NCBI GenBank assembly: GCA_963749155.1
Contig: CAVVLO010000005.1
Coordinates: 192,001 to 256,000 of the forward strand
Source of the DNA: an uncultured Armatimonadia bacterium
GTDB taxonomy: Bacteria; Armatimonadota; Zipacnadia; CAVVLO01
Direction of reading: 5' to 3'
Length of the DNA: 64,000 nt
Positions 1 through 9,606 of the stretch are shown one piece after another; position 1 is the stretch's first letter, and each line of letters opens with the position of its first letter. A program made the position numbers and the translations under genes. The notes below the pieces were generated by a model, which saw only the letters and a list, made by a program, of their open reading frames with translations, was not told the origin of the DNA and ran no database searches.

Positions 1-237
1 GGCCATAATCTTGGCCCGGTCGCCGACCGCCGCTTTCACGACCTCGACAAGCTTCAGTTTTTCTTCCGAAGAGAGGGTAGGTGATTCTCCCGTCGTGCCT
101 GATACGACCAGCCCTTCGCTGCCACTGTCGACAAGCAGCGAGGCAACCTCGGCTGCCGCGTCATAGTCCACGCTCAGGTCTTCCTTGAAAGGAGTGACCA
201 TCGCAGTCAGTAATCTTCCGAAGTCCCGCGCCTGCAT
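1..237 (-). CDS. dapA: 4-hydroxy-tetrahydrodipicolinate synthase, 5' part (runs off the window edge)
   Basis: Manual translation from ATG 237: [25 protein letters not shown]...[13 protein letters not shown] (DapA TPF and GTTGE motifs); GAGGAG RBS upstream; follows asd. Confidence 0.93.
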   Translation of the reverse strand, partial: MQARDFGRLLTAMVTPFKEDLSVDYDAAAEVASLLVDSGSEGLVVSGTTGESPTLSSEEKLKLVEVVKAAVGDRAKIMA

Positions 238-253
238 TGCGAGTCTCCTCCAC

Positions 254-1276
254 TTACTTCTGTGGAATCAAACCTCTCTCGATCATTGTCTCTGCTATCT
301 GGATGGCGTTGGTAGCGGCTCCCTTGCGCAGATTATCGGAGACCACCCACATCGCCAGCCCGTGCTCTACAGAAGGGTCCTTCCTTATTCGACCTACGTA
401 GGTCTCATCCCTGCCAGAGGCCTCAATTGGCATTGGATATACGGCGGAGGCGAGGTCGTCCTGCACGATGAGATTGGGCGCCTGGCTCAGAGCCGCCAGC
501 GCGTCCTCAACACTTACAGGGCCATCGAACTCGACGCTTACCGACTCGGAGTGGCTGTTGTAAACAGGCACTCGCACACAAGTGGCGCATACCCGGATGC
601 TGGCGTCATCGAAGATGCGCTGGGTCTCGCGCACCATTTTTTCTTCTTCGGTAGTGAAGCCTGCCAGCGTCTCGTCCTTGCATAGAGAGCCGATATGGGG
701 CAGCAGGTTGCCAGCTATCTGATGGGGATAGACCTTGACCTCGACTTGCTCTCCCTTTACCAGCGCCGCGTTCTGGGCAGCAAGCTCGTCAATCGCATCG
801 CGGCCAGTGCCCGAGACAGCCTGATAACTCGATACCACGATGCGAGTTATGTTCGCCAGCTTCCTCAGAGGATGCAGGGCGACAAGCATCTGGATAGTCG
901 AGCAATTGGGATTGGCGATGACTTTGTTGTGGTCGTCCAGCGCCTCGGGATTAACTTCGGGCACGACCAGCGGGCAGCGCTCATCCATCCGGAAAGTGGC
1001 GCTGTTGTCCACTACGACGGTGCCCCACTTCTCCGCGATGGGGAAGGCGTAATCCTTGGAGGCTTCCTCGCCGCTGGCAAACAGCGCGATGTCTACCCCT
1101 TCGAAATCGTCGATCTCGGTCTTGCGTACCTCGTAAGTCTTGCCACCTGCTTCGATTGGGCGAGGTGTGCGGGCAAAAACCCGAATCTCATCGGCTGGAA
1201 AATTACGCTCCTCCAGCACCTCGAGCATTGTCTTGCCAACTGCGCCAACGCCTACGACTGCAACCGTGTAACCCAT
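254..1276 (-). CDS. asd: Aspartate-semialdehyde dehydrogenase
   Basis: [49 protein letters not shown] motifs. Confidence 0.96.
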   Translation of the reverse strand: MGYTVAVVGVGAVGKTMLEVLEERNFPADEIRVFARTPRPIEAGGKTYEVRKTEIDDFEGVDIALFASGEEASKDYAFPIAEKWGTVVVDNSATFRMDERCPLVVPEVNPEALDDHNKVIANPNCSTIQMLVALHPLRKLANITRIVVSSYQAVSGTGRDAIDELAAQNAALVKGEQVEVKVYPHQIAGNLLPHIGSLCKDETLAGFTTEEEKMVRETQRIFDDASIRVCATCVRVPVYNSHSESVSVEFDGPVSVEDALAALSQAPNLIVQDDLASAVYPMPIEASGRDETYVGRIRKDPSVEHGLAMWVVSDNLRKGAATNAIQIAETMIERGLIPQK

Positions 1277-1293
1277 CAGGCCAATCGCTCCTC

Positions 1294-2106
1294 TCAGCCC
1301 TGCGAGAGCAGTATGTCTCGCAGGCTCGTAGTCAAGCCCTTGTTCTTCATAACATAACGCACAGCCATTAAGACTCCAGGCATAAAACTTTCCCGGCTGG
1401 TGCTCTCGTGTTTGATGGTAAGCACCTCGCCAGTATCGCTAAACATAACTTCCTGGTTGGCGACATAACCCGGCAGTCTGACACTGTGGACAGGCACGCC
1501 ACTTGCGGCCAGGCCGCGCGCCGCGACTTCAGGGCCTGGCGGTTTGGCGGGGATAAAACCTGCCTTCGCGCGGGCCTCCTGGATAAGTTCGGCGGTAAGC
1601 AGCGCCGTGCCGCTAGGGGCGTCCTTCTTCTTCTCGTGGTGCAACTCGATGATCTCGGCATAGGGATAATGCTTCGCCGCAAGCTCTGCGGCCAGCATCA
1701 TCAGGTTGGCGCCAAGCGAGAAGTTGGGACAGACAACCGCGCCAAGGCGCTTCTGCTCGACCAGGGCCTGAACCTCGTCCAGGGTGGCCTCGCCAATACC
1801 CGTAGTGCCGACGACCAGTCTTACCCCTTTGTTCAGCGCCGCGATCATATTGGGGCGCACGACATCGGGGATTGTGAAGTCAATCATTACATCCGGCTCG
1901 CCGCGCCCGATTGCGCATTCGAGGTCGCTGACGATGGGGGTGCCTGTGACTTCGCCCCCGGCCAGCTCGCCGGCGTCTCTGCCGACCTCGCGGTTGTCCA
2001 CCGCAGCTACCACTTTCATATCAGGCGCTTTACGCACGGCCTGGGTTACAAAACGACCCATCTGCCCCGCTGCGCCGCAAACCAGCACTCGAATATAATC
2101 CGCCAT
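1294..2106 (-). CDS. dapB: 4-hydroxy-tetrahydrodipicolinate reductase
   Basis: GAAGQMG, IDFT, VGTTG, PNFSLG, ELHHEKKKDAPSGTA motifs; ATG 2106 chosen from the GGAGGGAG RBS. Confidence 0.95.
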   Translation of the reverse strand: MADYIRVLVCGAAGQMGRFVTQAVRKAPDMKVVAAVDNREVGRDAGELAGGEVTGTPIVSDLECAIGRGEPDVMIDFTIPDVVRPNMIAALNKGVRLVVGTTGIGEATLDEVQALVEQKRLGAVVCPNFSLGANLMMLAAELAAKHYPYAEIIELHHEKKKDAPSGTALLTAELIQEARAKAGFIPAKPPGPEVAARGLAASGVPVHSVRLPGYVANQEVMFSDTGEVLTIKHESTSRESFMPGVLMAVRYVMKNKGLTTSLRDILLSQG

Positions 2107-2160
2107 TGGTCTCCCTCCAGCTCGGAGGCGCTCAGCCAGTAGACTGAGATATTGAAACAA

Positions 2161-2191
2161 GACCCCCGACGCAGTGGTGCCATCGGGGGTC
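2161..2191 (-). terminator. Stem-loop, probable intrinsic terminator after pnp
   Basis: GACCCCCGA...TCGGGGGTC 9-bp stem followed by TTGTTT on the minus strand. Confidence 0.6.
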
Positions 2192-2208
2192 CTGCCTGCT
2201 AGTGTCTC

Positions 2209-4431
2209 TTAGCGATTCCTGCTTCCGCCGGACCTGCCGCCGCCACTGCCACCACGTCGGTCGCCGCCGCCACTACCGCCGCGCCGGTCACCGCCCCGGT
2301 CACTACCGCGGTCACTGCGTTCGCGCTCGGGGCGCTCGACATAGCCTTCCGGCTTGGGCGTGAGCTCTTTCATCGAAAGACGCACCCGGCCCAGGTCGTC
2401 GACTTCTATGATCTTGACCTCTACCTCATCGCCGATATGCAGCCTGTCTTCGACTTTCTCGACGCGTTCCCAGGAGATGTGCGAGACGTGCAGCAATCCA
2501 TCCTTGCCTGGAGCTATCTCGACGAAGGCCCCGTAAGGCTCGATGCGCACGACTTTACCCATCGTAACGAGGCCAGGCTCGGGATCGTGGGTCATCGCGT
2601 CGATGATGGCGATGGCCTTGTCCGCGTCTTCCTTGTTGAGAGCGGCGACGTAGACGGTGCCATCGTCTTCGATGTCGATGGTAGTATTGGTCTCTTCGAT
2701 GATCTTCTTGATGGTCTTGCCGCCTGGGCCAATGACCAGACCGATCTTCTCGCGGTCAATATGCAGGCTGAAGATGCGCGGCGCGAACGGCGAAAGATCG
2801 GCGCGCGGCTCGGAAATGACGTCGCGGATCTTGCCAATGATGTGCAGGCGGCCCTTGCGAGCGCGCTCGAACACCTCGGCCAGGAGCTGCTCGGGCAGGC
2901 CCTTGATTTTCATGTCGAGATGCATTGCCGTGACGCCTTTCTCGGTGCCGGCAATTTTGCAGTCCATGTCGCCGAGGAAATCCTCGAGCGCCATAATGTC
3001 AGTCATCAGGACGTACCGGTCCTCGTCAGTAACGAGGCCCATCGCGACCCCTGCGACAATGGCGGTGATCGGCACGCCCGCGTCCATCAAGGCCAGCGTC
3101 GAGCCGCATACAGCGCCCATCGAAGTGGAGCCGTTCGACTCTAATACTTCAGACACCAGACGGACCGTATAGGGGAAGGCTTCCTTGGTTGGAAGAACGG
3201 GCATCAGGGCTTTCTCGGCCAGGGAACCGTGACCGATTTCGCGCCTGCGCGGGCCCATCATCCGGCCGGTCTCGCCAGCGGAGAAGGGAGGGAAGTTGTA
3301 GTGATGCATATAGGTCTTGTCAGGCGCTTCGAGCATCGTATCGACGACCTGCGCCGAGCCGATGGTCGCTAGCGTCGCGACCGTCAGCACCTGGGTCTCG
3401 CCGCGCTGGAAAAGTCCGGCGCCATGCACGCGCGGCAGGAAGCCGACTTTGCACATAATGTCGCGCACTTCTTCAATGCCGCGGCCATCAGCGCGCACGC
3501 CGTGTTCCATAATAGACTTGCGAAGCTCGACTTTAATGACATCGTCGATAGCCTCTGAGACCTCGAAGCCCCGCTCGGCGTATTCGTCGCCCAGTTCGGT
3601 TTTGATACGCTTGTCAAGCGCGCTGAGGGCTGCGCTGCGCGCTTCCTTCGTCTTTATGAACAGTGCGGTCTTCAGGTCTTCGGTGTATTTCTGACCGATG
3701 AGAGTCTTAAGGGTCTCGTCTTTCTCGGGTTCGGTGAAAACAACCTTGGGCCGGGCGACCTTCGCGGCGATAGCTTCGATGGCGTCAAGCAGCGGGGGCA
3801 GTTGCTCCCAGGCAAACTTGATGGCGCCAAGTACAATCGGCTCGGGCAACTGCTCGGCTTCGATCTCGATGGTCAGCAGGCCGTCACGATGGCCCGCCAC
3901 TATCATGTGGAGCTCGCTGGCTTCCTGCTGAGCCGCGTCGGGGAAGGCGATATACTCGCCTTCGACATATGCGATGGGAAGAGCAGCTACCGCGGCATAT
4001 ATGGGTGCCTGCGAGGCCATCAAGGCCGCACTGGCGCCGATGATACCGAGGGCTGGCAGCGAGGTGTCATTGTCTACGGAAAGGGGCGAAACCACTACCT
4101 GCATATCTCTGCGGAACTTCTTGGGGAAGAGGGGGCGAAGCGGCCTGTCGATAAGCCTGGCCATCAAAGTGGCGGCCTCGCTTGGGCGTCCCTCGCGCTT
4201 GATGAAGCCGCCGGGGAGCTTGCCCGCTGCATACATCCTCTCTTCGACATCGACGGTGAAGGGCAGGAAATCGGTGTCGCGGTCTTCGTCTGAGACGCAA
4301 GCGGTGCAGAGCACTACGCTGTCTCCGTGACGAACGACCATTGAGCCGCCCGCCTGTTTGGCCAGTTCGCCAGTCTCAATTATGAGGGGCTTGCCTGCCA
4401 GTGTTAGTTCTACTTTCTCCATTCTACTCAA
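2209..4431 (-). CDS. pnp: Polyribonucleotide nucleotidyltransferase (PNPase)
   Basis: GGFIKREGRP, RREIGHG, SEVLESNGS, DFLGDMD motifs; KH (IGPGGKTI) and S1 domains; follows rpsO; TTG start with AGGAGG RBS. Confidence 0.97.
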   Translation of the reverse strand: MSRMEKVELTLAGKPLIIETGELAKQAGGSMVVRHGDSVVLCTACVSDEDRDTDFLPFTVDVEERMYAAGKLPGGFIKREGRPSEAATLMARLIDRPLRPLFPKKFRRDMQVVVSPLSVDNDTSLPALGIIGASAALMASQAPIYAAVAALPIAYVEGEYIAFPDAAQQEASELHMIVAGHRDGLLTIEIEAEQLPEPIVLGAIKFAWEQLPPLLDAIEAIAAKVARPKVVFTEPEKDETLKTLIGQKYTEDLKTALFIKTKEARSAALSALDKRIKTELGDEYAERGFEVSEAIDDVIKVELRKSIMEHGVRADGRGIEEVRDIMCKVGFLPRVHGAGLFQRGETQVLTVATLATIGSAQVVDTMLEAPDKTYMHHYNFPPFSAGETGRMMGPRRREIGHGSLAEKALMPVLPTKEAFPYTVRLVSEVLESNGSTSMGAVCGSTLALMDAGVPITAIVAGVAMGLVTDEDRYVLMTDIMALEDFLGDMDCKIAGTEKGVTAMHLDMKIKGLPEQLLAEVFERARKGRLHIIGKIRDVISEPRADLSPFAPRIFSLHIDREKIGLVIGPGGKTIKKIIEETNTTIDIEDDGTVYVAALNKEDADKAIAIIDAMTHDPEPGLVTMGKVVRIEPYGAFVEIAPGKDGLLHVSHISWERVEKVEDRLHIGDEVEVKIIEVDDLGRVRLSMKELTPKPEGYVERPERERSDRGSDRGGDRRGGSGGGDRRGGSGGGRSGGSRNR

Positions 4432-4586
4432 CGCTTCCTCCTGGGGCTCTCTTGGCCCCTCCTTAAGCCGCCAGCAACAACTAACAGCACCTCTCCCCGG
4501 CGGCGGGGGAAGAGGCCCTGGGTTCCTGTGCTAACCGAGAGGCTTCCTTGTCGGATAACTACTCTCGGAACATACCAGGGAACAGA

Positions 4587-4615
4587 ACTCCCGGCCCGCT
4601 TTGCGGACCGGGAGC
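4587..4615 (-). terminator. Stem-loop after rpsO, probable terminator
   Basis: Minus strand CTCCCGGTCCGC-AAA-GCGGGCCGGGAG then TTCTGTT. Confidence 0.6.
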
Positions 4616-4625
4616 AGGACAGGTT

Positions 4626-4892
4626 TTAGCGACGCAGACCGAGGCGCTGGATAAGATCGCGATAACGCTTCGAGTCCGTGCGCTCCAGATAACGTAGCAT
4701 GCGGCGGCGCTCGCCAACCATAACAAGCAGACCGCGGCGGGAGTGGTAGTCCTTCTTGTGCAGCTTGAGGTGCTCTGTAAGCTGGCTGATACGCGTGGTA
4801 AGCAGAGCGACCTGCACTTCGGGTGAGCCGGTATCGTTATCAGCAAGACGATATTGCTTGATGACCTCGGCTTTCTCTTCAACTGTAAGCAC
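4626..4892 (-). CDS. rpsO: 30S ribosomal protein S15
   Basis: [25 protein letters not shown] motifs; 88 aa; GTG start with AGGAGG. Confidence 0.97.
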   Translation of the reverse strand: MLTVEEKAEVIKQYRLADNDTGSPEVQVALLTTRISQLTEHLKLHKKDYHSRRGLLVMVGERRRMLRYLERTDSKRYRDLIQRLGLRR

Positions 4893-4962
4893 TGTTTTCT
4901 CCTCCTGTCTCGGTAAACCGTGCTCGCGCCAGGCGCTGAGCCACAGTAAACCGTCTGCGCGT

Positions 4963-4991
4963 AGGATAGCACAAGGCGCCTTCGGGGTAAA
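4963..4991 (-). promoter_or_regulatory. Putative sigma70 promoter for rpsO-pnp
   Basis: Minus strand TTTACC-17 nt-TATCCT with extended -10 TG. Confidence 0.5.
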
Positions 4992-5017
4992 GTCAGCCCG
5001 TCCTTCGGCAGGCGGCC

Positions 5018-5046
5018 TTCTAACTAACCTCTCGCGGTGCTAAAAT
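5018..5046 (+). promoter_or_regulatory. Putative sigma70 promoter for the 5072-14761 gene run
   Basis: TTCTAA-17 nt-TAAAAT with extended -10 TG; GGAGGAGG RBS follows. Confidence 0.5.
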
Positions 5047-5071
5047 CCTGTGTGGAGGAGGCGAGCTGGCA

Positions 5072-5971
5072 GTGAAGACTATTGCGAGCATCTCCCTTGG
5101 CTCAAGCACGCGTGATTTTGAGGTCGAGGCCGAGTTTGGCGGGCAGCAGTTCAGGTTGCTCAGGCTTGGCACCGATGGCAGTCTTGGGGAATATAGACGT
5201 CTCCTCGAGGAATGGGACGAGAAAGCTGATGTGCTGGCGCTTGGAGGCATCGACCTTTACGTGCGCCAGGGGCAGCGGGTTTATACTTTTCGGGATGCGG
5301 CGCGACTTGCCAAAGGGCTGAAAAAGCCTGTCGTAGATGGCTCGGGCCTCAAGGCTACCCTCGAGCGCAACGCGGTGCGCTCACTGGCCGAGCAGGGAGT
5401 GCTCAAGTTTGAGGGGCTGCCAGTGTTGCTGGTTGCCGGCATCGACCGGTTTGGCCTGGCCGAGGAATTGCGCGACCGCCACTGCGACCTGGTACTGGGC
5501 GATATGATGTTCGCTCTTGGAGTGCCAGTGGCCTTCACCCGCTGGTGGCAGTTCCTTGTGGCAGGCAAGTTATTACTTCCGATAATCGTGCGTTTGCCGT
5601 TCAAGTGGATATATCCCACAGGCGAAAAGCAGGAAACGACCAAACCGCGCTTTGGCAAGTGGTACAAGTGGGCCGAGTTGATCTGTGGCGACTTCCATTT
5701 TATTCGCAAGTATCTGCCCGAGAGGCTCGAGGGCAAGTATATACTTACCAATACAATCACTTCAGCGGATCGGCAGTTGCTGAAGGAGCGCGGGCTCAAG
5801 GCGCTTATAACCACAACCCCAAGTTTTGGAGGACGCAGCTCGGGCACCAATGTCCTCGAAGGGGTTGTGTTGTTGCTGTCAGGGGCGACCCAGTACGACC
5901 CAGCCAGGTATGAAGCAGTGCTGGATGAATTGAAACTGCAGCCAGAGGTTAGCTGGCTGCAGGAAGGATAA
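5072..5971 (+). CDS. Conserved protein of unknown function (family often loosely labelled quinate 5-dehydrogenase), partner of the downstream reductase
   Basis: 299 aa ORF with strong RBS; SISLGSS, GLGGIDL-like, VVDGSGLK, GDFHFI, GRSxGTNVLE motifs. Confidence 0.65.
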   Translation: MKTIASISLGSSTRDFEVEAEFGGQQFRLLRLGTDGSLGEYRRLLEEWDEKADVLALGGIDLYVRQGQRVYTFRDAARLAKGLKKPVVDGSGLKATLERNAVRSLAEQGVLKFEGLPVLLVAGIDRFGLAEELRDRHCDLVLGDMMFALGVPVAFTRWWQFLVAGKLLLPIIVRLPFKWIYPTGEKQETTKPRFGKWYKWAELICGDFHFIRKYLPERLEGKYILTNTITSADRQLLKERGLKALITTTPSFGGRSSGTNVLEGVVLLLSGATQYDPARYEAVLDELKLQPEVSWLQEG

Positions 5972-5980
5972 TCCAGGTCT

Positions 5981-7054
5981 ATGGAGCGCTTTGCCTTCAT
6001 TATTCACCCGCTCAAGCCCAAGCAGGCGGCTCGGAAGTATCCTGTCGCCAGGCTACTGCCTGATTTCCTCCTTGAAAAGCTGTTGCACAAGCAGCACTCC
6101 AGGATCGCCTCCCATATAACAGGGGTCAAATCGGCGACAGGGGTTGAGGCAGAGGGCTGGTTCGTAGGTTGCCCGCTTACCCCGAAGGCGATAATGACGA
6201 TGCCGGAGGAGTTCACGGTCGGCAAGATAATAGAATCCGCCCGGATCGCCCAGGAGCATGGCGCAGGTATCGTAGGCCTGGGCGCCTATACCTCTATTGC
6301 TGGCGATGCGGGAATTACAGTTGCCAAAAACGTAGATATCGCGGTCACCACCGGCAACAGCTATACGGTTGCCACTGCTGTCGAAGGGTTGCTTCAGGCA
6401 GCAGAACTAATGCGCCACAAGCCTTCGGAGTCGCTTTGCACCATCATCGGCGCGACTGGCTCAGTTGGGCGCACCTGTGCGATTTTGCTCGCGGATTCTG
6501 TGGCTGGACTGCGACTGGTAGGCAGAGACAGCGCCCGGACCGAACGCGTGGCGGCAGAAGTGCGCGAGGCCTGCCCTGATTGCCCTGTCGAGATCACTTC
6601 TGACATCGAGGCCTCACTCAAAGACGTGCCTCTTGTTGTGACCGTTACCAGCGCAATCGAGTCGGTCATCCAGCCTGCCTGGCTGACGAAGGGCGCTGTC
6701 GTATGCGATGTCGCCCGGCCAAGGGATGTCTCCGTCGCCGTTGCGAAGGAGCGCCAGGATGTGCTCGTCATCGAGGGAGGCGTGGTCAGTGTGCCAGGCC
6801 AGGTCGAGTTCAGGATGGACTTCGGCTTCCCCCCCTGCACTGCCTATGCCTGTATGTCTGAAACAATGATTTTGGCTCTCGAAGGGCGCTACGAAAGCTT
6901 CTCTCTGGGGCGCGATATAGAGCCTGACAAGGTGAAAGAGATAGCCGGGCTGGCTGCCAAACACGGTTTCAAGCTGGCGGGTTTCCGCAGCTTTGAGCGC
7001 GCCGTGACACCCGAGCTGATCGAGTCCGTTCAACGCGCGGCCGGATTGTTATAG
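5981..7054 (+). CDS. Acyl-ACP reductase-like (COG5322-type) NAD(P)-dependent thioester reductase
   Basis: FAFIIHP, VTTGNSYT, GATGSVG, DVARPRD and YACMSETMILALEGRYESFSLGR, which parallels cyanobacterial AAR FACFAEAMLLEFEG..FSWGR including the catalytic Cys. Confidence 0.75.
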   Translation: MERFAFIIHPLKPKQAARKYPVARLLPDFLLEKLLHKQHSRIASHITGVKSATGVEAEGWFVGCPLTPKAIMTMPEEFTVGKIIESARIAQEHGAGIVGLGAYTSIAGDAGITVAKNVDIAVTTGNSYTVATAVEGLLQAAELMRHKPSESLCTIIGATGSVGRTCAILLADSVAGLRLVGRDSARTERVAAEVREACPDCPVEITSDIEASLKDVPLVVTVTSAIESVIQPAWLTKGAVVCDVARPRDVSVAVAKERQDVLVIEGGVVSVPGQVEFRMDFGFPPCTAYACMSETMILALEGRYESFSLGRDIEPDKVKEIAGLAAKHGFKLAGFRSFERAVTPELIESVQRAAGLL

Positions 7055-7062
7055 GAGCTGGG

Positions 7063-8272
7063 ATGGACAGCCACAAGCTCGCGGAAAGCTGGCTCTCAGA
7101 CCTGGTTGCCCTGCCCAGTGTAACGGGGGAGGAAGAAGCCGCCCTGGCCTGGGTCGAAGCCAAACTGATCGAACTTGGTTATGCTCCTCAACGCCTTCCG
7201 CTGGGGGCCGATACCCTGGCCCATGAGGCTTATCGCCCCTTTCGAGCCGCTTTCAGACTGGCAAAGGGCCAATCTGGTAGTGAAGCTGCCGGGCGAAGGC
7301 GCTCCGCTGCTCCTTAACACCCATCTCGATACCGTCCCGGCCGCAGGCTGGGAGGAGGCCTTCACCCCCCGGATTGTGGGAGACAGGCTTATCGGACGCG
7401 GAGCCTCTGATGCCAAAGGCCAGGTGGTCACTCTCCTCCTGGTCGCAGCGGCGCTGAAAGAGCGTGGCCTTGCCCTCGAGCGCCCTCTGGAGTTCCATTT
7501 CGTCATCGAAGAAGAGGTCGGCGGGAATGGGGCACTTGCCCTTGCGCTGGCCTCGAAGGGCGCCTCCGGTTGCGTGGTGCTCGAGCCAACAGGTTTGAAT
7601 ATCCACCCGTCCAACCGCGGCGCGCTCTGGTTCAAGTACAGGTTGGAAGGTAAGAGTGTGCATATGGGGCGCATCCAGGAGGGCGTAAACGCCATCGAGA
7701 AAGCCTGGCTGCTGGCCGAAAGCCTGCGGGCTTATTGGGCAGAGCTACTCGAAGCAAGTCGAGGCTATCCTGGTTATGAGCACTATGAGGTGCCAGTGCA
7801 AGTGAATCTTGGGACAATCCATGGCGGTGACTGGCCCTCGATGGTGGCGGGCTGGTGCGAGCTGGAAGGCGGAGTTGGCTTCCTGCCGAGCAAGACTCTT
7901 GCCGAGGTCGAAGCCGACCTCAGAGCGCTTATCGCCAGCCATCCGGACGACTGGCTGCGAGACCATACTACTGTGACCTTCGACCGGCTGCGCAACGAGG
8001 CTTTCGCTTTCCCTCTCGATCATCCTCTGGCGCTGGGCCTGCACCAAGCCGCCCGCGCTGCTGGAGGCAAAGCCGAGATCACTGGCTGGAACGTCTCTTG
8101 TGATGCGCGCCTTTATGCGAAAGTGGCTGAAGTGCCGACCGTCGTTTTCGGTGCTGGCGACGTGGCTGAAGCCCATTCGGCAGGGGAGAGCATCGCGCTC
8201 CCCGAATTACTGCTCGCTGCCGAGGCGCTTACCGAGTTTGTTTTGGACTGGTGTGGTGTAAGGAGTATCTGA
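7063..8272 (+). CDS. M20 (ArgE/DapE-like) deacylase; +1 frameshift near 7241
   Basis: N-part LVALPSVTGEE in ORF 7063; NTHLDTVP, GRGASDAKG, EEEVGG, CDAR, AHSAGE in ORF 7175; removing one T from CCC TTT CGAG joins the frames. Confidence 0.85.
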
Positions 8273-8274
8273 AA

Positions 8275-9606
8275 ATGAAGCAAGGTATTGAGATCCTTAC
8301 CGAGTTGCCCGGCCCGCGCTGCCGCGCGGCGCTGGAGGAAGCCAGGCTGTATGAGCCTGCTTCGATGAGCGAACAGGCGCCTGTGGTCTGGGATCAGGCT
8401 GAAGGCTGCTATGTGAAGGATCTCGATGGCAACGTTTTTCTTGATTTTACCTCGGGAGTGCTGGTTGCCAATGTCGGCCATTCACGTCCCGAGATTGTAG
8501 AAGCCATCCGCGAGCAGGCAGGCAAGGTTATAAACTGTTATGACTTCCTCTCGGAGCCTCGGCTTGCCCTCTCAAAGCGGCTTGTAGAACTCGCTCCAGC
8601 CCCTCTGGACAGAGCTTTCATCCTCACCACAGGCGCCGAGACTACCGAAGCGGCCATCAAGCTGGCGCGCAAGGCCACCGGCAAGTATGAGATTATCGCT
8701 TTCTGGGGCGCCTTCCATGGCAGGACGATGGGGGCTCTCTCTTTAGGCGGCAAGCGCTCCGGAGCAGGGGCCTCGGGCTTTGGGCCTTTCGTGCCAGGCA
8801 TCCATCATGCACCCTTCCCTTATTGTTATCGCTGCCCCTTCGGGAAGAGCCGGCCTGGTTGCGCCCTGGAATGCCTGGCTTTCCTCGAGCCTTTCTACGA
8901 TATGGTCACAGAGCACAAGGTGGCCGCGGTCATCGTCGAGACCTACCAGGGGGGCGCGGGCAGCATAATCGCGCCGAAAGAATGGTGGCAGGGGCTGCAG
9001 GCCTGGTGCCGCAGCAAGGATATCCTGCTGATAATTGACGAGGTGCAGGCCTCCTTTGGGCGCACGGGCAAATGGTTCGCCTTCGAGCATTACGGCCTGG
9101 AGCCTGACCTCGTATGCCTGGGCAAGGGGCTCTCGAGCAGCCTGCCTGTCTCGGCGCTGCTTGGGCCGTCCAGCCTGATGGATTGCCTGGGGCCTGGCAC
9201 GCTTTCCAGCACGCATGGGGGCAATCCGCTTGGCGATGCCGCGGCGCTGGCCAATATCGATGTTATCGAAAAAGAAAACCTCTGCGATCGCGCCGCCAGG
9301 CTTGGCGACTTGGCTCTGGGGCGGATGAAAAGCTGGCAGGAGCGCTTCTCCATCGTGGGAGAGGCGCGCGGTATGGGCCTTGCGATGGCGCTTGAACTGG
9401 TGGAGGACAAGGTCACGAAGCAGCCTGCGCCCGCTCTCGTGAAGCGGCTGATAGATTTATGTTACCGGAAAGGCTTGCTGTTGATTGCGCCCATCGGCAC
9501 CTATGGCAACTGCCTCAGGCTCTCGCCTCCTCTTGTGATCACCGAAGCAGAGCTGGCTCTGGGCCTGGACCTTATCGAAGCTGCACTTGAGGAGCTGACT
9601 TCCTGA
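8275..9606 (+). CDS. Class III PLP-dependent aminotransferase (GabT/ArgD-like)
   Basis: DFTSGVLVANVGH, TGAETTE, FHGRT, DEVQASFGRTG, PDLVCLGKGL, STHGGNP; ATG 8275 after AAGGAG. Confidence 0.92.
   Translation: MKQGIEILTELPGPRCRAALEEARLYEPASMSEQAPVVWDQAEGCYVKDLDGNVFLDFTSGVLVANVGHSRPEIVEAIREQAGKVINCYDFLSEPRLALSKRLVELAPAPLDRAFILTTGAETTEAAIKLARKATGKYEIIAFWGAFHGRTMGALSLGGKRSGAGASGFGPFVPGIHHAPFPYCYRCPFGKSRPGCALECLAFLEPFYDMVTEHKVAAVIVETYQGGAGSIIAPKEWWQGLQAWCRSKDILLIIDEVQASFGRTGKWFAFEHYGLEPDLVCLGKGLSSSLPVSALLGPSSLMDCLGPGTLSSTHGGNPLGDAAALANIDVIEKENLCDRAARLGDLALGRMKSWQERFSIVGEARGMGLAMALELVEDKVTKQPAPALVKRLIDLCYRKGLLLIAPIGTYGNCLRLSPPLVITEAELALGLDLIEAALEELTS

Noticed and set aside
1..2106. Dipicolinate or sporulation operon
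   Set aside because: dapB-asd-dapA are present but dpaA/dpaB are not seen; ordinary lysine/DAP biosynthesis.
185..4330. Long plus-strand ORFs opposite asd, dapB and pnp (and similar shadow ORFs throughout)
   Set aside because: Antisense shadows expected in GC-rich coding DNA; no recognisable motifs.
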